Shown here one piece after another: positions 1 to 10,193 of a DNA stretch of 46,202 bases (positions are counted from its first letter, which is position 1; every line of letters starts with the position of its first letter). The translations under genes were made by a program, and so were the position numbers. The notes beneath the pieces were generated by a model. It saw only the letters and a program-made list of their open reading frames with translations, was not told where the DNA came from and did no database searches. Origin of the DNA: Bacteroidota bacterium (GTDB lineage: Bacteria > Bacteroidota > Bacteroidia > AKYH767-A > 2013-40CM-41-45); contig JANLOW010000358.1 of assembly GCA_031366785.1 (NCBI GenBank), positions 1 through 46,202 on the forward strand, written 5' to 3'.

Positions 1-1328
1 GTTATGTGATGGGGTGGAGGGGAATTTGAATCGTAATTTAGATTGGCAACGTAAACTATATTTTCTTCATCGTCTACGGCAAGTCCATGTGGTTGAAAAC
101 CTGTATAAACTGAACCAACAATACTTAAATCATTATAATTAATTACATATACAGAACCATGTCTTGAAGGACTTAAAGGTTCTTCAGTACAACTTACAAA
201 AATGTATGGATGCCTTTGCGATACATCAAATTCTTGGGGCAGCAATCCAACTGGAATTACAGCTAACAAACTATCATTGGATGTTTGAAAAACTCTAACT
301 TCTGACGTGCCCTGGCAGCTTACAAAATATTTGGTTCCATCGGGAGTTAAGAACATTTCATGAGGTTTAATAGAAGAACTTGTAGAAACAGGCTGGCCGG
401 GAACCAAGCTAATCTTAACTTCCTGATCAAAAAATGGTGCTGAATTTAAATCAATTTTATTTACAAAGTTACCACTTTGACATGTAAGGTATAAATATCT
501 TCCATCAATGGTAACAAAACCTCCATGTGGTGAATCGTGTGTTAAAAAAGTTATTGGAGTCATCGTTTCCAGGTTAACTATTTGTGTTCTTCCACCCAAA
601 TCATTTACGAATCCCGTTTTTCCATCAGGCGTGAATATTATCGTATTCCACAGATGAGAAATATTATCTAATTCAAGAGTACTAACCAATGCATCATCCG
701 TTGTTCGGAATTTCTGTAGTATTTTTCCTGAGACAAAAACGACATACCAATAATTACCATCAGGCGAAACACGAACTTGATGAGGAGCTTCAATAGCCAA
801 AGAATCAGCACCAACATTGATATAACGCATTATTACTTTTGTCTTCGCATCTACGACTGCTACTTTATCGCATCCTTGCATGCAGATATATATTTTTTTC
901 CTGTTTGGATTATCGGAAAATTTTATTGACCCATTTTTATCAGGGGAACCACGTTTTATCCAGTTTTCTAATGTTTGATATTCTTCTTCACTTAAACTCG
1001 GTTTTAAATAAGGCATCCTGGGTAATAATACAGGCGCTCTTGTTGAATCGGTATTTACGGTGTATAACAAATAACTGTATTCCACTGAAAAAGGTATTAC
1101 GCTTGTTCCATTTCTCCCTCCATCAAACATTGAATTCCAAGTAGTATAATCAAGTCCGCCGGCAGAGGAACGACTGATAGCATTATGGCAACCTTCAACA
1201 GCACATTTACTGACAAGAATTTTTGCAACATCATCCGGATATCCTGTATCGGGTAATGTTTCAACTTTATCATATGTGCATGAAAAAAGTAAAACCAATG
1301 ACAACAAAAGAATTTTATTTTTATTCAT
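1..1328 (-). CDS. Lipoprotein, C-terminus cut by the window edge. It has an N-terminal Cys motif (C-x4-CH) followed by beta-propeller-like repeats.
   Basis: The minus-strand frame is open from ATG 1326-1328 to position 1. It is absent from the ORF track because there is no stop in the window. My translation starts MNKNKILLLSLVLLFSCTYDKVE (signal peptide plus lipobox), continues ...VSKCAVEGCHNAISRSSAGGLDYTTWN, and ends at the edge with ...ENIVYVANLNYDSNSPPPHHI. The YVTN/YncE-type propeller assignment is from memory only. Confidence 0.6.
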   Translation of the reverse strand, partial: MNKNKILLLSLVLLFSCTYDKVETLPDTGYPDDVAKILVSKCAVEGCHNAISRSSAGGLDYTTWNSMFDGGRNGTSVIPFSVEYSYLLYTVNTDSTRAPVLLPRMPYLKPSLSEEEYQTLENWIKRGSPDKNGSIKFSDNPNRKKIYICMQGCDKVAVVDAKTKVIMRYINVGADSLAIEAPHQVRVSPDGNYWYVVFVSGKILQKFRTTDDALVSTLELDNISHLWNTIIFTPDGKTGFVNDLGGRTQIVNLETMTPITFLTHDSPHGGFVTIDGRYLYLTCQSGNFVNKIDLNSAPFFDQEVKISLVPGQPVSTSSSIKPHEMFLTPDGTKYFVSCQGTSEVRVFQTSNDSLLAVIPVGLLPQEFDVSQRHPYIFVSCTEEPLSPSRHGSVYVINYNDLSIVGSVYTGFQPHGLAVDDEENIVYVANLNYDSNSPPPHHI

Positions 1329-1450
1329 TTTTTATTCGCTAACGTAAATAATCAATACCGATTAAACAAACGTCACTTTAATTTCATTAGTTACTTTGTT
1401 TGCCAATTAAAATTAATTCATTCGTACATTGCGGCTCTATATACAAACTT

Positions 1451-2035
1451 ATGTACCATTATTTCGCTATTTTCAAACCTTTTGGGATGCTTTCTCAATT
1501 TACTTCTGAAGGAGCCCATAAAACGCTTGCCGACCTGAATTTTAAATTTCCAATTGATGTTTACCCCGTCGGAAGACTTGATGCTGACAGTGAAGGCATC
1601 ATTTTATTAACGAATGATAAAAGAGTTAATTCTAAATTATTGGAACCTGCGAATAAACATCGACGTAAATATATTGTACAATTAGAAGGAGATGTTACGA
1701 ATGAAGCCCTTCTTTTATTAGAAAAAGGCGTTAAATTAAATGATAAAGGAACCATATACGAATCCTTACCAGCGAAAGCGACCATCGTTGAACCCCCTGA
1801 GTTACCAGAAAGAAATCCTCCGGTTCGTTTTAGGAAAAGTATTCCTACAAGTTGGATTGAACTGATTATTCATGAAGGTAAAAACCGGCAAATAAGAAAA
1901 ATGACTGCGGCTATTGGTTTTCCTACTCTTAGACTTGTTCGTGTTGCCATAGAAGATTTAAAATTAGATAAAATGGAAAATGGCCTTGTTCAGGAAATAA
2001 GCAAGTCTGTTTTTTATTCGCAATTAAAATTATAA
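1451..2035 (+). CDS. rluE: rRNA pseudouridine synthase, RsuA/RluE family
   Basis: The motif PVGRLDADSEGIILLTND carries the catalytic Asp of the RsuA family. NPPVRFRKSIPTSWIELIIHEGKNRQIRKMTAAIGFPTLRLVR aligns closely with E. coli RluE as I remember it. The track ORF starts at TTG 1400; ATG 1451 (MYHYFAIFKPFG) is the more likely start. Confidence 0.8.
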   Translation: MYHYFAIFKPFGMLSQFTSEGAHKTLADLNFKFPIDVYPVGRLDADSEGIILLTNDKRVNSKLLEPANKHRRKYIVQLEGDVTNEALLLLEKGVKLNDKGTIYESLPAKATIVEPPELPERNPPVRFRKSIPTSWIELIIHEGKNRQIRKMTAAIGFPTLRLVRVAIEDLKLDKMENGLVQEISKSVFYSQLKL

Positions 2036-2090
2036 TATAAAATTATTATTCACTAAATTGTAATTCATAATATAGAAAAACATCTCCTCA

Positions 2091-3371
2091 ATGAAGATTA
2101 AATTATTTATACTGATCATTCTTTTATTTAATAATATTCAATTTTCATTAGCTGAAGATCCAATTACTCCAATAATTAAAAATAAAAAATGTGGTACAGT
2201 AAATCATAGAGAATATTTGAAAACTAAAAATGCACTTTATGATCAACAAATTATCCAGGATGAAAATTTTCTGCAACAACAATTACTAAATTCATCAAAT
2301 ACTTCTGATCTAAATACTGTATATACGATACCTGTAGTGGTACATGTTTTATATTTTACCAATGGACAAAATATTTCTGATTCGCAAATACGTTCTCAGA
2401 TCGATGTACTCAATGAAGACTTTGGCAGAACAAATGCCGATACAACAAATACACCTCAACCATTCGATTCATTAGCTTCATCAACCAGTTTTCAATTTTG
2501 CCTGGCTAATCGTGATCCCAATGGTGCAACAACCAATGGCATTGAACGCAGACAGACTACAGTTCAGGGTTTTCAAACAGATGATGGTATGAAATTTTAT
2601 TCTTCAGGAGGTCTTAATGCCTGGGATGTAAGTAAATATTTGAATATTTGGGTTTGTGATTTAGGTGGGCAAATTCTTGGTTATGGTGAAGAACCTTCCA
2701 GCTTTCATACAAACACTTTTGGTGTCGTCATTCATTATACGGCTTTTGGAAGAACAGGTGTTGTAAGTGCACCGTATCATTTAGGACGAACATGCACACA
2801 TGAAATATCACATTGTTTTAATCTTTATCATATATGGGGCGATGAAGATTTATGTTCAGGAACTGATTATGTAACCGATACTCCCAATCAGGCTAAAGCA
2901 ACTTATGGCTGTCATAGTTTTCCATTTGCAGAAATGTGTACAGTAAATTACCCTGGAATAATGTATATGAATTATATGGACTACAGTGATGATGATTGTA
3001 TGAATATGTTTACGAAAGGGCAAGCTACCCGAATGCTGGCTTCTGTCAATACATACTACCCTTCATTAAAAACTTCCAATGGCTGTCTCTCTAATGGAAT
3101 AGAATCATTATCTGATTTTGAATTCAGTATTTATCCGAATCCCAATTCAGGAATTCTCAACATTAATTTGTTTACATCTGAAAATATTGGTTCAACGGCC
3201 AAAATTCGTATAACAGATATTCTTGGTAAGGTTGTTTTTGAATCTGTAATAAATAATCCAAATCGTTTAGGATACCGTTTAGATATCCGTAGCTTCAATA
3301 AAGGAATTTATTTTGTAACTTTATATAATGATAATTTCAAAATAACTGAAAAAATTTCACTTACTTATTAA
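2091..3371 (+). CDS. Secreted zinc metalloprotease (M43/pappalysin-like metzincin) with a T9SS C-terminal sorting domain
   Basis: It has an N-terminal signal peptide and the metzincin motif HEISHCFNLYH (HExxHxxxxxH). The C-terminal ~80 aa (FSIYPNPNSGILNINL...GIYFVTLYNDNF) is typical of Por/T9SS CTDs. Confidence 0.8.
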   Translation: MKIKLFILIILLFNNIQFSLAEDPITPIIKNKKCGTVNHREYLKTKNALYDQQIIQDENFLQQQLLNSSNTSDLNTVYTIPVVVHVLYFTNGQNISDSQIRSQIDVLNEDFGRTNADTTNTPQPFDSLASSTSFQFCLANRDPNGATTNGIERRQTTVQGFQTDDGMKFYSSGGLNAWDVSKYLNIWVCDLGGQILGYGEEPSSFHTNTFGVVIHYTAFGRTGVVSAPYHLGRTCTHEISHCFNLYHIWGDEDLCSGTDYVTDTPNQAKATYGCHSFPFAEMCTVNYPGIMYMNYMDYSDDDCMNMFTKGQATRMLASVNTYYPSLKTSNGCLSNGIESLSDFEFSIYPNPNSGILNINLFTSENIGSTAKIRITDILGKVVFESVINNPNRLGYRLDIRSFNKGIYFVTLYNDNFKITEKISLTY

Positions 3372-3395
3372 AAATATTTTTTTTGAGTTTTAATA

Positions 3396-4157
3396 TCAGA
3401 CGATTTCATTTGCCATTTGTAAAAATAATTTTAACGCTTTCTTTTTTCTTTCATCGAAGTTGTAATCGAGTGACTTTGTTAAATATTGAATAATCTCTGC
3501 TTCAGAAAAATCTGTGGAACTTTCTTTTTTTGCAATATCTTTTATTGAGTTTAATCCATTTTTCAAAGCGTCATTAAAATCAGAAAGAAAATCTTTTTCA
3601 AGTTCCAATAGACTTACCCAACATGCAAATACAAAGGGAAGGCCGGTAAATAATTTCCATTCAGCTGACAAATCATAGACATAAGGAAATTTATTTTTTA
3701 TTAAAAGTGCTCGGTCGCCAATAACGACTCCGGCTGTTTCGGTACTAATATTTTTTTCAAAATTAAATGAGGTTTCTTCCCATTTAGGGTTAATATTCCA
3801 GAATTTTTTTGCCAGAACACGCGCTAATAAAACGGAAGTCCGTGACTGATAATCAAGAAGAATGGATTTTATTTCTTTTAAAGGGACTTCGCTTAAAAGC
3901 AAAACGGAATTAACGGCTCCGTCAGCGCCTATACAATAATCACTAATGGTTGAGTAATTTTTTAGCCTTGGTAAAATGGAAACTGGAATAAGCCCGATAT
4001 CAGCCTTGCCTCCGAGCATTTTTTCAGCACAAATGGATGGAATATCTTCACTGATTTCGACAGGTAAATTAAATTTCATTTTTTTTATTCCATTAATAAA
4101 TGGTTTACTATTCAAATATGAAACAATAGATATTCGAATTGGAATTTGGCTGTCCAT
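3396..4157 (-). CDS. mqnA: Chorismate dehydratase MqnA-like (futalosine menaquinone pathway, periplasmic-binding-protein fold)
   Basis: The N-terminus IRISIVSYLNSKPFINGI and GKADIGLIPV resemble the MqnA/MqnD family. Length is 253 aa. Confidence 0.65.
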   Translation of the reverse strand: MDSQIPIRISIVSYLNSKPFINGIKKMKFNLPVEISEDIPSICAEKMLGGKADIGLIPVSILPRLKNYSTISDYCIGADGAVNSVLLLSEVPLKEIKSILLDYQSRTSVLLARVLAKKFWNINPKWEETSFNFEKNISTETAGVVIGDRALLIKNKFPYVYDLSAEWKLFTGLPFVFACWVSLLELEKDFLSDFNDALKNGLNSIKDIAKKESSTDFSEAEIIQYLTKSLDYNFDERKKKALKLFLQMANEIV

Positions 4158-4178
4158 TTAATTATTCAGAATGAAAAT

Positions 4179-7100
4179 TTAAATATCAATTTCGATTAAT
4201 TCTTCAACATTTTTCGATTTTACACCCAGATCAGGATTTTTTCCTCGTAATTTTCTAACTCTGTTTTTTAATCGTTCACTTATAAGATACATAACAGGAA
4301 CCATTATAAGAGTTAAGAATGTAGCGAATACCAATCCGAAAATCATTGTCCATGATAACGGTCCCCAGAAGGCTGTATTATCTCCACCAAAGAAAATATG
4401 CGGATTGAATTCACTGAATAGTTTTGAGAAATCGATATTTAGTCCGAATGCCAGTGGTAATAACCCCAAAATTGTTGCTGAAGCGGTTAAAATAACAGGC
4501 GTCATTCTTGTTTTACCGGCTTCAACAATTGCATCGAATACAGGAACTCCTTTTGACCTAAGAAGATCGGTGAACTCTACCAGGAGAATTCCATTTCTAA
4601 CGACAATTCCAGCGAGAGCAATTATTCCGACACCACTCATAACGATAGAGAATTCCATTTTAAATAAAGAGAATCCAATAAACACTCCGATAATACTAAA
4701 GAGAATTTCGGTGAGAATGATTAATGGTTTACTGATTGAATTAAATTGCAATACGAGTATTATTATAATAAGCAGGAGGGAAGCCATCATTGCCCAACCC
4801 AGGAATGCCGATGTTTCGGCTTGTTCTTCCTGTGAACCTGTCATTTTTATGGTAACTGTTTCCGGAGCCGGAAAATTCTTTAATGCTTTTTGAATATCCT
4901 GAACTACTGCATTTTCATTATATCCTGTTAATACGTTAGATGATAAACTTACAATTCTTTTTTGATTTTTTCTTTTTATAACACCATATGTATCTGAATA
5001 TTTAACTTCGGCAAATGATGATAAAGGAACATTTCTAATAGCACCTCCCATACTCATATCTCTGTATAGAATTTTTAAATTTCGAAGCATGTCAACATTG
5101 TAACGCTGATCATCCTGGTATTTTATAACAATATTATAATCATCATTAACATCGCGATATTTTGAAATATCTGTTCCTAATACACCTAGAAAAATTTCAT
5201 TACCAATCGTATATGTCGAAATCCCTTCACGATTAGCACGCTCACGGTTAATATTAAAAACGATTTGGGGTTTTTGATCTTGTAAATCACTTCGCAATTC
5301 CTCAACTCCGTCAATCTTGAGTGAATCAAGCATTCGTTTTAAGGATTTACTACTACTTACGAGCTCTTCGTAATTATCACCGGCAATTTCAATGTTGATT
5401 GGTTTTCCGACAGGAGGTCCGCCTTGTTCCTGGGCAACACTAATCTCTGCTCCTGCAATTCCTTTGACTGCATTTCTGATCTTATCAAGATATTTAGCGG
5501 TCGATTCACCACCCCTTTTTCCAAATTCTACAAAAGCAACTGACACTTTACTCTTATTCGGATAGCTGCCCTGATCTTCATCTTGCGGATCTGTAACTCC
5601 AACCGTTACATTTGCAATAACTGATTTAACTATTTTATTCGGCCATTCAATTGCATTGTAAACTTTGCTTTCAACAATTTTTGTAATCGAATCAGTATAA
5701 CTTTGATCGGTACCCACCGGAAGGCTAGTATAAACATAAATGAAATTAGGATCAGCAACAGGGAAAAAACTAACTCCTCCATTGCGGACTACCAACATGG
5801 CAATGGATCCGAAAAATAATAAAACAATACTTGCCATCATAGTCCATGGACGGTGAAGACACCACACCAGAAATCGCCGGTATTTATTTTGAAATGATGG
5901 CCATGTTTTCGATTGAAATTTTTTGATTACATTTTTTAACCAATAATGATTCAGTAAATAAACGATTAATATGAGTACACCAAAATTACCGGTTCCAAAA
6001 TCAATGAAATAGCCGAGTAAAATAGCCAATGCAAAAAACATCAATGATGTTTTAAATTTTTTTGCTGATTTAATTTTATCATCCTCTTCTGAGTGAGGTT
6101 TCATAAATGTAACAGCAAATACAGGATTGATAATATATGCTACCAGCAATGATGCTGTAAGAGTTACTATCAGTGTAACAGGGAGAAAAAACATAAATTT
6201 ACCTATAATTCCTTTCCAGAAAAGCAATGGAACAAAAGGTGCCAGTGTGGTAAGTGTTCCTGAAAATACCGGAAGAAAAACTTCTCCTGCCGCCATTTTT
6301 GCGGCTTCAACAATATTTTTTTTACCGTTTGCAAAAATCCTGTGCGTATTTTCAATAACAACTATGGCATCATCAACCACAATTCCAAGTGCAAGTAAGA
6401 AGGAAAAAAGTACAATCATATTCAATGTAAATCCTATAGTAGGCATTATTATAAATGCCAGGAACATTGATAATGGAACAGACATAGCTACAAAAAATGC
6501 ATTTGTAGTACCCATGAAAAACATTAACACTAAAAGGACCAAAACAAATCCGATGATTATTGTATTGATAAGATCATGCAATGTCATTCGCGTTTGTTCA
6601 CTCTGATCTCCCGTAAGTGTAACGATTAAATCTTTCGGCCACGAATTTTTTTGTAAATCGCCAATTAAAGCAACTATTTTATCAGAAGCTTCAATCAAGT
6701 TTTCTCCCTTTCGTTTGACAATATTTAATGTAATTACATTTTTCTTATTTAAGCGTGCAAAACTTTCCTGTTCTTTATAACTATCAACTACTTCAGCAAT
6801 GGTCTTTAAGTAAACAGGGCTGCCATGAATAGAATTTATAACCATATTTCCCAACTGTTCTGCGTCCTTGAATTCTCCGCTTACACTTAGAGATCTTCTT
6901 ACACCACTCATATTTACTGATCCTCCGGGAATGGTAATATTTTCTCCTTGAACTGCTCGGGCAATATCTGCCATCGACAAACCTGCAGCCTGCATTTTCA
7001 GCATATCTACATTTATTTGTATTTCTCTTTCCAGAGCGCCAATGATTTCTACTTTCTTTATCTCTTTTAAACTTTCAAGATGTTCTTTTGCATCGTCGGC

Positions 7101-7589
7101 ATATTTTTTTAATTTATTTAAATCATAGTCGCCGCTGATGTTTACCTGCATAACAGGCAGATCTGCAAAATTTATATCAATAATTTCAGGATCATTTTTT
7201 AAATCTTTTGGAAGATCGGTTTTAGCCCGGTCAACAGCATCTTTTACTTTTTGTTTGGCAATATCAATGTTTACATCCGAATTAAATTCAACAATAACAT
7301 TGCAATAATCCTGAAGCGAATTACTTTTTATCCTTTTTACACCGGCAATACTTTTACATTCCTTTTCAATAGGCCTCACAATAAGGTTTTCCATATCTTT
7401 TGGTGATGTTCCCGGATAAATAACACTTACATAAATATTAGGCAGTGATATATCGGGAAAACTTTCTTTAGGCAGGCTCACATAAGCGAGAATTCCTGCA
7501 ATAGAAAGAATAATGGTTATTACGAATGTGGCTACTTTGTTATTAATAGACCAGGATGAAGGCTTAAATTCTTTATATTTTTCGAGCAT
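4179..7589 (-). CDS. RND efflux transporter permease (AcrB/HAE family), 1136 aa
   Basis: The architecture is typical of RND permeases: TM1, a large periplasmic loop, a TM cluster, then the same again. Motifs GIVVDDAIVVIEN and GIVVRNGILLVEF are present. It is the last gene of the TetR-TolC-MFP-RND cluster. Confidence 0.92.
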   Translation of the reverse strand: MLEKYKEFKPSSWSINNKVATFVITIILSIAGILAYVSLPKESFPDISLPNIYVSVIYPGTSPKDMENLIVRPIEKECKSIAGVKRIKSNSLQDYCNVIVEFNSDVNIDIAKQKVKDAVDRAKTDLPKDLKNDPEIIDINFADLPVMQVNISGDYDLNKLKKYADDAKEHLESLKEIKKVEIIGALEREIQINVDMLKMQAAGLSMADIARAVQGENITIPGGSVNMSGVRRSLSVSGEFKDAEQLGNMVINSIHGSPVYLKTIAEVVDSYKEQESFARLNKKNVITLNIVKRKGENLIEASDKIVALIGDLQKNSWPKDLIVTLTGDQSEQTRMTLHDLINTIIIGFVLVLLVLMFFMGTTNAFFVAMSVPLSMFLAFIIMPTIGFTLNMIVLFSFLLALGIVVDDAIVVIENTHRIFANGKKNIVEAAKMAAGEVFLPVFSGTLTTLAPFVPLLFWKGIIGKFMFFLPVTLIVTLTASLLVAYIINPVFAVTFMKPHSEEDDKIKSAKKFKTSLMFFALAILLGYFIDFGTGNFGVLILIVYLLNHYWLKNVIKKFQSKTWPSFQNKYRRFLVWCLHRPWTMMASIVLLFFGSIAMLVVRNGGVSFFPVADPNFIYVYTSLPVGTDQSYTDSITKIVESKVYNAIEWPNKIVKSVIANVTVGVTDPQDEDQGSYPNKSKVSVAFVEFGKRGGESTAKYLDKIRNAVKGIAGAEISVAQEQGGPPVGKPINIEIAGDNYEELVSSSKSLKRMLDSLKIDGVEELRSDLQDQKPQIVFNINRERANREGISTYTIGNEIFLGVLGTDISKYRDVNDDYNIVIKYQDDQRYNVDMLRNLKILYRDMSMGGAIRNVPLSSFAEVKYSDTYGVIKRKNQKRIVSLSSNVLTGYNENAVVQDIQKALKNFPAPETVTIKMTGSQEEQAETSAFLGWAMMASLLLIIIILVLQFNSISKPLIILTEILFSIIGVFIGFSLFKMEFSIVMSGVGIIALAGIVVRNGILLVEFTDLLRSKGVPVFDAIVEAGKTRMTPVILTASATILGLLPLAFGLNIDFSKLFSEFNPHIFFGGDNTAFWGPLSWTMIFGLVFATFLTLIMVPVMYLISERLKNRVRKLRGKNPDLGVKSKNVEELIEIDI

Positions 7590-7625
7590 TTTTTTCAGTT
7601 GATAAATGATAAGAAATTATTTAAA

Positions 7626-8741
7626 TTAAATCCGAACAGCATCTCCATCGATGACATTCTGAAAACCGTTAATGATTACTTTATCTCCTGATTCAAGTCC
7701 TGATTTGATTTCAGTAAAACCATTATAATTCATTCCTGATTTTACAATTTTTCTTTTAGCAACCATTTTTTCGCCTTCCTGATGGGCAACATATACAAAT
7801 TCCCCTTCTATGGATTTTTGAACAGCACCAATAGGTAAAACAAATGTTGAAGAATTTGTATAATCAACTATCTTCATTACCGCAACCATATTCGGATGAA
7901 AATCCCCTTGCTTTTCTAACAGATGAACTTCAACATTAAATGTTCTGTTAAGGGGATCAATTCGGCTGCCCGAATAATCAATTTTAGATTTTAATTCTTT
8001 ATTCTGGTCAGGGAAAAATAAAATTACTTCATTTCCTTTTTTAACTCTGCTGATAAACGATTCTGCTACTTCGCCTTTTACTTTTAAGGAAGTAAGATTT
8101 ACCACACGGATGGATGGAACACCTGGTGCAATTGTTTGCCCTGTTTTAATATATACTTCATCAACGGTTCCATTGATTGGCGATTTTATTCTCGTCATGT
8201 CAAGTTGTTGTTTCATGGAATCCATTCGTCTGGTCATTGCTTCATTATTCGTCTTTGCCTGAAGAAACTGAACTTCACTGCCAATCTTCTGATCCCAAAG
8301 ATTTTTCTGACGATTGTATAATTGAGTAGACAAATCCAACTGGCTTTGTAATTCAGCAATACCTTGTTTGATGAGCTTGTCATCAATAATAGCCAGTACT
8401 TGTCCGGTTCTGACTTTATCTCCCGCCTTTACAAGTATAGATGTTACTGTTCCCGCAGTTTCAGGACTTAGAAGAACGTCTTCATCGCCTTCAACTTTTG
8501 CCTGAACTTCAATAAAATGATTAAAAGCTTGCGGTAGGATTTCGGAAATACCGACAAGTTTAGTTTTAACTTCACCCGTATCATTTAATGCTAGTTCTGC
8601 TTCTATTGTATTGATTTTTTCTTTGATATCTGCCTGCTCTTTTTTTAATTTTTCTAGTTCAGCTTTTTTATCATTTCCATTTCCTGAACCTGAACAGCCT
8701 GCGATTGATACAATAAGTAAAATGATTAATATATTTTTCAT
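7626..8741 (-). CDS. RND efflux periplasmic adaptor (membrane fusion protein), lipoprotein
   Basis: It has a signal peptide with lipobox IAGCSG, a coiled-coil segment, and the lipoyl/beta-barrel pattern of the HlyD/AcrA family. It lies 36 nt upstream of the RND gene. Confidence 0.85.
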   Translation of the reverse strand: MKNILIILLIVSIAGCSGSGNGNDKKAELEKLKKEQADIKEKINTIEAELALNDTGEVKTKLVGISEILPQAFNHFIEVQAKVEGDEDVLLSPETAGTVTSILVKAGDKVRTGQVLAIIDDKLIKQGIAELQSQLDLSTQLYNRQKNLWDQKIGSEVQFLQAKTNNEAMTRRMDSMKQQLDMTRIKSPINGTVDEVYIKTGQTIAPGVPSIRVVNLTSLKVKGEVAESFISRVKKGNEVILFFPDQNKELKSKIDYSGSRIDPLNRTFNVEVHLLEKQGDFHPNMVAVMKIVDYTNSSTFVLPIGAVQKSIEGEFVYVAHQEGEKMVAKRKIVKSGMNYNGFTEIKSGLESGDKVIINGFQNVIDGDAVRI

Positions 8742-8765
8742 AGTGTTAATATAAATTTTGAATTA

Positions 8766-10157
8766 TTAATAGTTAAATTTTCCGAGAGCTTTGTCTAAAT
8801 CGATTTTTGCAAGCAATGAATTATAAAGTGCATTAAAATAATTAACCTGAGATTCTTTTAATGAAGTTTCGGCATCAAGCACTTCTAAATTAGAACCAAC
8901 TCCCTGATCATATTTTAGTTTTGCTGTTCTTGATACCGAAGTTGCAAGCTCAAGATTTTTATCCTGCATATTAAGAGCTGATATAGCATCAAGTAACGCT
9001 GATCTGCTTGAACTTACATCCAGATTAATAGCATTTTCAAAATTTGATACTTCATTATTTATTTTTTTTAAGGTAAGTTTTTCCTGACGAATTCTGGATT
9101 CTCTTTGTGTTCCATCAAAAAGATTAATGCTAAGTGTTGCTCCAATTACACCAGTAGGAAACCAACGGCGATTGGATTCGAATATATCGAATTTTGTTCT
9201 TTGTGCTGAAGTACTCAGGCTGCCATATGCAATAAGTGATGGGATATATTGACTCTTATATCTTTTTACATTGTATTGTTGAAGGCGCTCCTGCGTTTTC
9301 AAAATGGAATATTCAATTCGTTTATTAGGATCAATGATGTCTGTAGTTTCCTGGATGCTTTTTACTTCTTCTATATTTAATGAATCTGTTAATGTTAAAA
9401 TGGTATTGTAGGGAAGTCCGATCTGAAACTTCAGAGATTTCTCTGACATTTCAATGAGTCTCTTAAAATTTGCCGCTTCTGTTTGTATATTATTGTTTGC
9501 AACCTGAATTCGGTCGAAATCAATTTTCTCTACAAAACCGTTTTCAAAAAGTGCTTTAGTATCGTTTAATAATTTTTGGAGTCTTTGTGTATTAGCTTCA
9601 ACTACCTTATTTCTCTCTCTTAAAAGTAAAACCAAATAGTAAGCCTTTGTAATTGTAACCGCTGTTTCTATTTTTGTACGTTCAAGATTTTTTTCTGAAA
9701 GTTCCTTGAAGGCCCTTGAAGCCTGAACACCTATTAAATAAGAAGGATCAAAAATTAATTGAGATGCAGTAACACCGGCCGTTGCATTCCATTTGGCTCC
9801 AAATTGAACGGGAAAAAGTTTTCCTGATGCTTCTTTCTTTTGCCCTACCAGGTTCTCATCATAAAGTATTTGATAAACCGATGGAGAAATAAAATCGGGA
9901 ATAAATTGAGTCGGAATTTTCTCGTAATCTTTTAGATCAAAACTTGCATGTACCTGGGGCAATCCCATGCCAACTGTCTCACGCACTTTATATCGGGAAA
10001 TTTCTGCATCAAGCTGAGCATTTAAAACTTCATTTTGATTTTGCATTGCAAAATCAACGGCTTGTTTTATTGAAAAACTATAAGATGAATCCGTATTCTG
10101 TGCAATTGCATGAATCCAAAAAATCATGAAGAATAGTACGACATTTAACTTTTTCAT
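8766..10157 (-). CDS. TolC-family outer-membrane efflux protein
   Basis: It has a signal peptide, two repeated OEP-like halves with long helical heptads, and a length of 463 aa. The gap to the MFP gene is 24 nt. Confidence 0.85.
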   Translation of the reverse strand: MKKLNVVLFFMIFWIHAIAQNTDSSYSFSIKQAVDFAMQNQNEVLNAQLDAEISRYKVRETVGMGLPQVHASFDLKDYEKIPTQFIPDFISPSVYQILYDENLVGQKKEASGKLFPVQFGAKWNATAGVTASQLIFDPSYLIGVQASRAFKELSEKNLERTKIETAVTITKAYYLVLLLRERNKVVEANTQRLQKLLNDTKALFENGFVEKIDFDRIQVANNNIQTEAANFKRLIEMSEKSLKFQIGLPYNTILTLTDSLNIEEVKSIQETTDIIDPNKRIEYSILKTQERLQQYNVKRYKSQYIPSLIAYGSLSTSAQRTKFDIFESNRRWFPTGVIGATLSINLFDGTQRESRIRQEKLTLKKINNEVSNFENAINLDVSSSRSALLDAISALNMQDKNLELATSVSRTAKLKYDQGVGSNLEVLDAETSLKESQVNYFNALYNSLLAKIDLDKALGKFNY

Positions 10158-10193
10158 ATCCGGAAAGACGTTTAATAATTTAAAATATTTTAA

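Noticed and set aside
839-1144. 101-aa plus-strand ORF
   Set aside because: It is antisense to the long open lipoprotein frame that runs from 1328 to the window edge.
4405-6606. Plus-strand ORFs 4405-4893 and 6127-6606 inside the RND gene
   Set aside because: They are antisense to a well-supported 1136-aa transporter gene. Their products are low-complexity Ile/Asn/Ser-rich sequences with no recognisable motifs.
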